In this document: positions 57,694 to 64,000 of the stretch, one piece after another | How positions within the stretch are numbered: position 1 is the first letter of the stretch | Layout: each line of letters starts with the position of its first letter | Source: Terrimicrobiaceae bacterium | GTDB lineage: Bacteria > Verrucomicrobiota > Verrucomicrobiia > Chthoniobacterales > Terrimicrobiaceae | Reading direction: 5' to 3' | Length of the DNA: 64,000 nucleotides | NCBI GenBank assembly: GCA_044342325.1 | Contig: JBIIPZ010000003.1 | Location: 36,930 to 100,929, forward strand | Notes under the pieces: model-generated | The model's input: the letters and a program-made list of their open reading frames with translations, nothing else | Told to the model about the DNA's origin: nothing | Database searches by the model: none | Made by a program: the position numbers and the translations under genes

Positions 57694-58028
57694 GCTGGGA
57701 GAGAGTTGGGAACAACACGGGGCGTTTCAACGGGTGGAATGTGACGATTTTGACAGATTGTGGCGCCGTGCGGGTTCTGTAGCAGCGTCTCTATGAGCAC
57801 CGGAGGTGGTTTGACAAAATCATGGATAGCAAAATCATTTTTTATATGGAGTGGCGCGCGGCAGCGCGAATCGTAACCAGGGAGGGTTCATCGTCCTCGC
57901 ATGACCCAAACTTCAGCGGCGTTTCTCTTTTCCCTCCACCAGATTTTGTCTTTCTGTCTGAAAGGCCGATTTTATCCGCTAATTCTGTAAATTTTGTCTT
58001 AAAAAGCTTTCCGTGCTAGAAATTTGTG

Positions 58029-61000
58029 TCATGCGGGCCGATGACCCTGCAAAAGTTTTCGTTTGGCTCTGCGGCGGAGGTATTGGATGACGAGGCCGGC
58101 GAGGAGGGCGACGGCGTAGAAGTAGGTTTCGGTTTCGGGGACGGCTATGATTTGGCTGCCACCGCCAGAGAAGCCACTGACTTCGAATCCGCTTCCAACG
58201 AAGCTGTTGCCTGAGTCGCTGTAAAAACTGATGTTTGCGAGATTGGAAGTGAGGGTCGAGTTGTTGGAGAAGACGAGATTGCTGGGGGTTGCATAATTGT
58301 TGACTTGTGTTCCCCAATAGGTGGTTCCGCTCCAGTTCCAGATGGCGAGGTTGGCGCCGGTTGCCCAGGAGCCTATGCCACTGAAGCGGAGGGTGCCGAC
58401 GAAGCCGGAGAAGTCGAGGGTCGAGTTGGCACTGAGGGTGAGGGCACCGACCGTTTCATTGAAGGTTCCACTCACAGCCATGCGGCCGCCACCGAGATTG
58501 ATGGCGGTGTTGTCGTTGACGGCGTTCTCTGCCGTGACGAGGAAGGAGCCGCCGGTGACATTGATGACTGTGCTATTGCCCATGGCTCCGGCTGAGGCGG
58601 CGGTGAGGGTTCCGCTGGAGATGGTTGTGGTGCCAGTGAAGCCGCTGTTGTTGCCTGTGAGGACTTGGGTGCTGGCGCCGTCCTTCACGAGGGCGGAGCT
58701 GGAGCTTCCAGTGATGCGGCCGGCGTAGGTGGTGTTGCCGCTCGTGGTGCCAAGTGTGAGGGTATTAGAACCGAGGGTGACGGTGGAGGTGGTGTTGCCG
58801 GTGAGGGAGGCGATGGATTGGCTGGCGCCGAGGGCGAGTGTGGAGCTGCCGGTGCCGGTGGCGTCGATGGAGATAGCGCTGCGACCATTCGCGGTCGGGA
58901 GGGCGTTAGTGATATTGGCACTTAGCGTCGCGCCGTTAACGAGGGATGTCGGGCCGTTGTAGGTGTTCGTGCCAGTGAGGTTCACTGTGCCGCCATCGAT
59001 GACGAGGTCGGAGTTCGCGCTTGAGCCACTGATGGCATTACTGACCGTGATGCCGTTGCTGCCGCCTGCGAGGGTGAGTGTGGTGCCATTTTTGCTAAGG
59101 CCGCCGGAGAGGGTGAGGAGTCCGCTGCCGCTGTTGCGGATGGTGCCGGTGCCGCTGGTGACCGAGATCAAGCGGTCGAGGGTGGCGGCGGAGCCGGTGT
59201 AGGCGAGAGTGGTGGAGTTGGCGAGGTTGACGCCGGAGGTCGCACTGAGTGCTGTGACCGTGCTGAGCGAGAGGGTGCCGGCGCTGATGGTGGTGGCTCC
59301 GGTGTAAGTGTTTGTGCTACCTAGGACGAGTGTGCCGCTGCCTGCTTGCGTGAGATTTCCCGTGCCGCTGATGCTGTTGGCGAAATCCGTGCCTTGCGTG
59401 AGGGTATTGGAGCGCTTGAAGACCAGCGTTCCGTTGTTGGTGATCGTGCCGCTGGCCGAAAGCCCCCCGCTTGTGCCGCCATTGCCGATCTGCAGCGTGC
59501 CTGCATTGATGGTGGTGGACCCAGAGTAGGTGCTGTTGCCGGTCAGGATAAGCGTGCCAGCGCCGATCTTTGTGACAGTAACGTTGCCGGTGGAGATGAG
59601 GGAGCTTGCAAATGAAGTGGTGTTTAGGACGTTGAATGTTTTGCTACCTGTTGACGCGAAGGTGGCAGTGCCTGTGTCTGTAAATGTGAGGTTGCCTGTG
59701 CCCCCGTTGGCTTGGCCGAATGTATAGGACCAGGTTCCGCTGAGTCCGCCCACATTATTCGATATGGTGCGGTCTGTGCCATCGGTGCTGGCGATAGTCC
59801 CGCCGAGTCTGAGTATGCCGGTGCCGAAGGCTTTGTCATGTCCTACCAGGACCGTTCCGGTAGTGATGGTGGTTCCACCCGAGTAGGTATTGTTGCCAGA
59901 GAGAGTCAGGGTGCTGTTGCTGTTCTTGGTGAGTGCGCCAGCACCGCTAACGACTCCACTGATAGTCGTGCTGCTATTGCCCAGCATGGTGAGTGTGGCG
60001 TTGGCTGCGACGGCCACATTTCCGCCAAAAACAAGGCTACCCGTGTTGCCGGAGATTGTCTGGTTGGCGGCGAAGCTTGTGGCGACATTGATCGTCTGGG
60101 TTACAATAGAGTTGTTTGTGACCCCCCCGCCGATGGCGAGGGCTGAAGCGGAGTTGTAACCCGCCGACCCGGAGTTTGCCCCCAGCGTGTAGGAATTTAT
60201 GCCGTCAAAAGTGAGGCCGCCGATACTGGAGAGCGTCGCTGAGGCGATGTCGTTCGTCGCAGTTCCTCCCAAGCCAGCAAAGGTGGCATTGCCGCCGGTT
60301 GTAATGGCTGGGCTGAATCCCGTGGACCAGTTGCCCGTGCCGCCTGTGTAGGTCGGCGTATTCGCAGTGTAGGTGTAGGTCAAACGCAGCGTGCTGCCCG
60401 TATCGGTAAGGGCCCATGCGGAGGATTGGGCATCCAGATCACCTTGGAAAGCCGATGTGTTGAGAGTGAAGTAGGATGCGTTGAAACCATTGATTGTTCC
60501 GTAATCAATGATGTCCCACGACTGGTTGGAGGTGGTGTAAATCCAGTTTGACGGATTGCCAGAGGATGTGATGGCAATCGTGAATGTCGAGGTGGCATTC
60601 GAGCCGATGGTGAGGAGGCCGGTTGCGTTGATCTGGTCCCAACCGGTGCCGGCTGCGCCGGTTGCGTCCGCCATTTCCCACGAGTAGGTGGCGCCGCCAT
60701 TGAGCGTCAGGTTGCCCACGGTGAGTATGCCAGGAGAGCTGCTGGGGCCGATCTTGCCACCGCTGTTGATCGTGGTGGCTCCGCCCGTGCCGCTTCCGGC
60801 GAGCGTGCCGCCACTGTTGACCGTGATGGCACTGTTGGAATTCGTGCCGTTCAGCACAAGAGTTCCCGCGCTGATGGTAGTCGACCCAGTGTAGGTGTTG
60901 GCACCGGAAAGCGTGAGCGAACCGGAACCCACCTTGATGAGGCTGCCGCCAGAACCAGCGAGGATGCCGGTGAAGCTCGTGGTGGCATTGTTGGCACCGA

Positions 61001-64000
61001 CACTGATTGTGTTACTTCCAAAATCCAAGGTGTCGCCGCCTTGGATGGCTCCGATGTTATAGGTGTTGGCGCCAGCCACGCCGAATGTCACCGCCTGCGA
61101 CCCAGAGATGCCGGTATCGAGTGTGCTGTTTTGAAGAGCGTTTAAGTTGCCGAGAGAAAGTGTGCCCTGATTGATGGTGGCCGTGCCGCTGAAGGTGTTG
61201 GCCGCAGAGAGGGTCATGGTGCCGGTGCCGTTTTTGGTCAGGCCGCCAGAAGAGTTGGAGGAGACGACCGCCCAGCCGATATTCATGTTTGCGGAAGCCC
61301 CGATATCGAAGACTTGGGTCGACCCCTCCAAACTGATGCGACCAAGGCCCGTAGAAGCGTTGGTGAAGTTGGCCGTGGTATCAGCATCTACAGCCAGACC
61401 GCTGAGCAAGATTAGCCCCTTTGAGGCATTGCTTGCGTTGCTATAGGAAAAGGTGGCATTTCCAAGCGTAGTCTGCCCTGTGGTAATGATGCTACCGCCC
61501 GCGACAGTCATCGAAATCGTGCCGCCCGTGAAGCCAGCATTGGAAGAAAGAGTCAAGATGCCGCTACTCATGGACAGGGCTCCCCCAGACATGGCTATCG
61601 CGCCGATGGTTTCGTCTCTGTTTGCCAATACGAAGCTGCCGCTACTGAGCGTGACTGTGGCGGAGTTTGAAATTTGGTCATTCACCGTCGTTGCGTAGTT
61701 CAGCGTTCCGCCATTGATCAGGATGTCGCCTGAGATGGTGGAGTTGTTGCTGACGGCGTTGCCGAGGCGGATTGTGCCGCCGGAGATGGTAGTGGTGCCG
61801 GTGTAGCTATTGTTGCCGGAGAGCGTGAACGCGCCGGAACCCACCTTGGTGAGGTTGCCGCCGGAACCGGCGAGGGTGCCTGTGAAGCTCGTGGCAGCGT
61901 TATTGGCGCCAACGCTGATTGTATTGTTTCCAAAATCCAAGGTGTCGCCGCCTTGGATGGCCCCGATGTTGTAGGTGTTGGCACCGGCTACGCTGAAGGC
62001 CAGTGCCTGCGACCCGGAGGTGCCGGTATCGAGTGTGCTATTTTGGAGGGCGTTTACATTGTTGAGCGAAACCGTGCCTGCATTGACTGTGGTGGTTCCG
62101 GTGTAGGTGTTTGCCGCAGAAAGGGTCAGAGTTCCGGTGCCGTTTTTGGTGAGGGCGCCGGAAGAGTTGGTGGAGGCGAGTGCCCAGCCGATATTCATGT
62201 TTGCGGAGGCCCCGACATCGAAGACTTGGGTCGATCCCTCCAAACTGATCCGACCAACACCGGTGGAAGCATTGGTGAAGTTGGCTGTCGTGTTGGCGTC
62301 CACAATCAGACCACTCGAAAAGATCAGACCCTTTGTGGCATTGCTTGCGTTGCTATAGGAGAAGGTCACATTTCCGAGGGTGGTCTGCCCTGCGGTAACG
62401 ATACTACCACCCGCGACAGTCATCGAGATCGTGCCGCCCGTGAAGCCTGCATCGGAAGATAGGGTCAAGACGCCGCTGGTCATGGACAAAGCTCCCCCGG
62501 ACATGGCTATCGTGCCGATGGTTTCGTCTCTGTTTACCAATGCGAAGCTGCCGCTGCTGAGAGTGACCGTAGCGGAGTTGGAAATTTGGTCGCTGATCGC
62601 GCTTCCGTAGTTCAGCGTTCCGCCGTTGATTAGGATGTTGCCCGAGATCGTGGAGTTGTTGCTGGCAGAACTGTTGAGGGCAAGAGTGCCGGCTGAGATC
62701 GTGGTGGTGCCGGTGTAACTGTTGGTGCCATTGAAGGTGAGGGTGCCGGTGCCGGCTTGAGTGACATTGCCGGTGCCGGAAATGCCGCTGGCGAAATTCG
62801 TGCCTTGCGTGATGGCATTTGAGCGATTGAAGACGAGGGTGCCGTTGTTGGTGATCGCGCTGGAAGAGGATAGCGCCCCGGTGGTGCCGCCATTTCCGAT
62901 CTGGAGTGTCCCGGCATTGATTGTTGTGGCACCGGAGTAGGTGTTCGCAGCGGAGAGCGTGACGGTGCCGGATGTGGTTTTATTGACACCGACTGTTCCT
63001 GCCAGAATGGCCGCTGCCGTTCCGTTTTCCAAAATGAAGTCGCTGGTTGAGGTCAGGATGGGGTTTGTGCCGCTGATTGTTCCGTTCGCCGAAAGAATTA
63101 CCCCGGCCACGGTATCGTTGAAAGTGGCCATATTAAAGGTGCCTCCATTGACGCGGAGGGTGCTGGAGTCGCTGATGCGATTGTTGGCTCCTATTTGAAG
63201 GATACCGCTGTTAACCGTAGTATCGCCGGTGTAGTTATTGCTGCCAGCAAGCAGAAGCGTGCCGCTACCGTTTTTAGTCAGGCCGCCTGTTGTCGTTGTG
63301 GCAGTTCCAGAGATAGTGAGAGTGGTGCCTGCCGAAGAAACATCGATCACGCTGGTTGTGGCGTTCGAGAGCGTGAAGTTGCGGTCGGTCGAGCCGTTGC
63401 TGCCTGTGTAGAGGAGCGTTCCGCCACCGAGCACGAGGTTGGCTGCGGCGTTCGTGGAGTTACCCAAGGCCCCTGCCACACCGCCATTGGTGATGGCCGC
63501 GATGCTCAGCGTGCCGGCATTGATGGTTGTGGCCCCAGTGTAGGTATTTGAAGCGTTGAGGGTCAATGTGCCGCTGCCGTTTTTAGTAAGGCCGCCGCTA
63601 TTACTGGAATCCAAGATACTGGCAAAGGTCACGCTTTGTCCGTTGGTATCAATCGACATGGCGCTACCGCTGTTTTTGATGCGACCGGAGAGATCGACCG
63701 TAATGCCGCTACCGTATTGAAGGGCTCCACCACCAAATGTAATGTTTCCCGAAGTGCCAAGCGCATTTGCGTTGCCGATCTGAAGGATGCCGGCGCTGAT
63801 GGTTGAGTTGCCAGTGTAGGTGTTTGAAGCATTGAGGGTCAATGTGCCGCTACCGGTTTTAGTGAGGCCTGCGCTATTGCTGGAATCCAAGACGCTGTTA
63901 AGGGACACACTTTGCCCGTTGGTATCAATAAACATGGCGCTGGCGCTGTTTTTGATGCGACCGGAGAGATCGACCGTAATGCCGCTACCGTATTGAAGGG
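58029..64000 (-). CDS. Giant autotransporter-associated beta-strand-repeat surface protein with PEP-CTERM-like sorting signal (5' end beyond window)
   Basis: Many LTK.G.GTLTL...NTY.G.TTI..GTL repeats; C-terminal VPETETY + TM helix + RRRAKRK; the frame stays open from 63935 to the window edge. Confidence 0.9.
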   Translation of the reverse strand, partial: LQYGSGITVDLSGRIKNSASAMFIDTNGQSVSLNSVLDSSNSAGLTKTGSGTLTLNASNTYTGNSTISAGILQIGNANALGTSGNITFGGGALQYGSGITVDLSGRIKNSGSAMSIDTNGQSVTFASILDSSNSGGLTKNGSGTLTLNASNTYTGATTINAGTLSIAAITNGGVAGALGNSTNAAANLVLGGGTLLYTGSNGSTDRNFTLSNATTSVIDVSSAGTTLTISGTATTTTGGLTKNGSGTLLLAGSNNYTGDTTVNSGILQIGANNRISDSSTLRVNGGTFNMATFNDTVAGVILSANGTISGTNPILTSTSDFILENGTAAAILAGTVGVNKTTSGTVTLSAANTYSGATTINAGTLQIGNGGTTGALSSSSAITNNGTLVFNRSNAITQGTNFASGISGTGNVTQAGTGTLTFNGTNSYTGTTTISAGTLALNSSASNNSTISGNILINGGTLNYGSAISDQISNSATVTLSSGSFALVNRDETIGTIAMSGGALSMTSGVLTLSSDAGFTGGTISMTVAGGSIVTAGQTTLGNVTFSYSNASNATKGLIFSSGLIVDANTTANFTNASTGVGRISLEGSTQVFDVGASANMNIGWALASTNSSGALTKNGTGTLTLSAANTYTGTTTVNAGTVSLNNVNALQNSTLDTGTSGSQALAFSVAGANTYNIGAIQGGDTLDFGNNTISVGANNAATSFTGTLAGSGGNLTKVGSGAFTLSGNNSYTGTTTISGGTIRLGNAVSNNSTISGDILINGGTLNYATTVNDQISNSATVTLSSGSFVLANRDETIGAIAMSGGALSMSSGILTLSSNAGFTGGTISMTVAGGSIITTGQTTLGNATFSYSNASNASKGLILLSGLAVDADTTANFTNASTGLGRISLEGSTQVFDIGASANMNIGWAVVSSNSSGGLTKNGTGTMTLSAANTFSGTATINQGTLSLGNLNALQNSTLDTGISGSQAVTFGVAGANTYNIGAIQGGDTLDFGSNTISVGANNATTSFTGILAGSGGSLIKVGSGSLTLSGANTYTGSTTISAGTLVLNGTNSNSAITVNSGGTLAGSGTGGATTINSGGKIGPSSSPGILTVGNLTLNGGATYSWEMADATGAAGTGWDQINATGLLTIGSNATSTFTIAITSSGNPSNWIYTTSNQSWDIIDYGTINGFNASYFTLNTSAFQGDLDAQSSAWALTDTGSTLRLTYTYTANTPTYTGGTGNWSTGFSPAITTGGNATFAGLGGTATNDIASATLSSIGGLTFDGINSYTLGANSGSAGYNSASALAIGGGVTNNSIVTQTINVATSFAANQTISGNTGSLVFGGNVAVAANATLTMLGNSSTTISGVVSGAGALTKNSNSTLTLSGNNTYSGGTTITTGTVLVGHDKAFGTGILRLGGTIASTDGTDRTISNNVGGLSGTWSYTFGQANGGTGNLTFTDTGTATFASTGSKTFNVLNTTSFASSLISTGNVTVTKIGAGTLILTGNSTYSGSTTINAGTLQIGNGGTSGGLSASGTITNNGTLVFKRSNTLTQGTDFANSISGTGNLTQAGSGTLVLGSTNTYTGATTISAGTLSLSTVTALSATSGVNLANSTTLAYTGSAATLDRLISVTSGTGTIRNSGSGLLTLSGGLSKNGTTLTLAGGSNGITVSNAISGSSANSDLVIDGGTVNLTGTNTYNGPTSLVNGATLSANITNALPTANGRSAISIDATGTGSSTLALGASQSIASLTGNTTSTVTLGSNTLTLGTTSGNTTYAGRITGSSSSALVKDGASTQVLTGNNSGFTGTTTISSGTLTAASAGAMGNSTVINVTGGSFLVTAENAVNDNTAINLGGGRMAVSGTFNETVGALTLSANSTLDFSGFVGTLRFSGIGSWATGANLAIWNWSGTTYWGTQVNNYATPSNLVFSNNSTLTSNLANISFYSDSGNSFVGSGFEVSGFSGGGSQIIAVPETETYFYAVALLAGLVIQYLRRRAKRKLLQGHRPA

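Noticed and set aside
57740..57764. TGTGACGATTTTGACAGATTGTGGC as another Pho-like box (also TGTGAC at 1856)
   Set aside because: Spacing or second half-site does not fit the GTNAC-N6-GTNAC pattern

Overview
GC-rich bacterial chromosomal window. The PEP-CTERM-type protein, Rpn genes and gene content suggest Verrucomicrobiota, which is an inference. It opens with housekeeping genes (amino-acid ABC transporter, proC, DD-carboxypeptidase, UvrD/PcrA helicase, leuS, tRNA-Glu). A ~31 kb cell-surface locus follows (10253-40683): TpsB, DUF2341-LamG-ExbB, ExbD, TonB, a putative porin, a coiled-coil protein, PpiC, a 3930-aa TpsA, an AglB/STT3-like membrane glycosyltransferase lacking WWDYG, and a Sel1 protein. 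Facing these are an orphan PstS/DING-like protein and a duplicated-domain Ig protein, with a GT2 gene diverging from them. Each of the three transcription units is preceded by a GTNAC-N6-GTNAC box of OmpR/PhoB type. The right half holds two Rpn genes, a TonB-dependent receptor and exbBD-tonB divergon with twin TGAGAC-N3-GTCTCA operators, Hsp70, infA, Fic, a probable serine palmitoyltransferase and ceramide synthase pair, a beta-CASP nuclease, rsmH, MazG and a giant PEP-CTERM-like repeat protein cut by the window edge. The top candidates for novelty are (i) two paralogous ~56-nt sRNA genes, each with its own promoter, G-rich loop and terminator, and (ii) the co-regulated TPS/TonB/glycosylation/phosphate-binding locus. 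All family calls come from motif recognition by eye; no database search was run.
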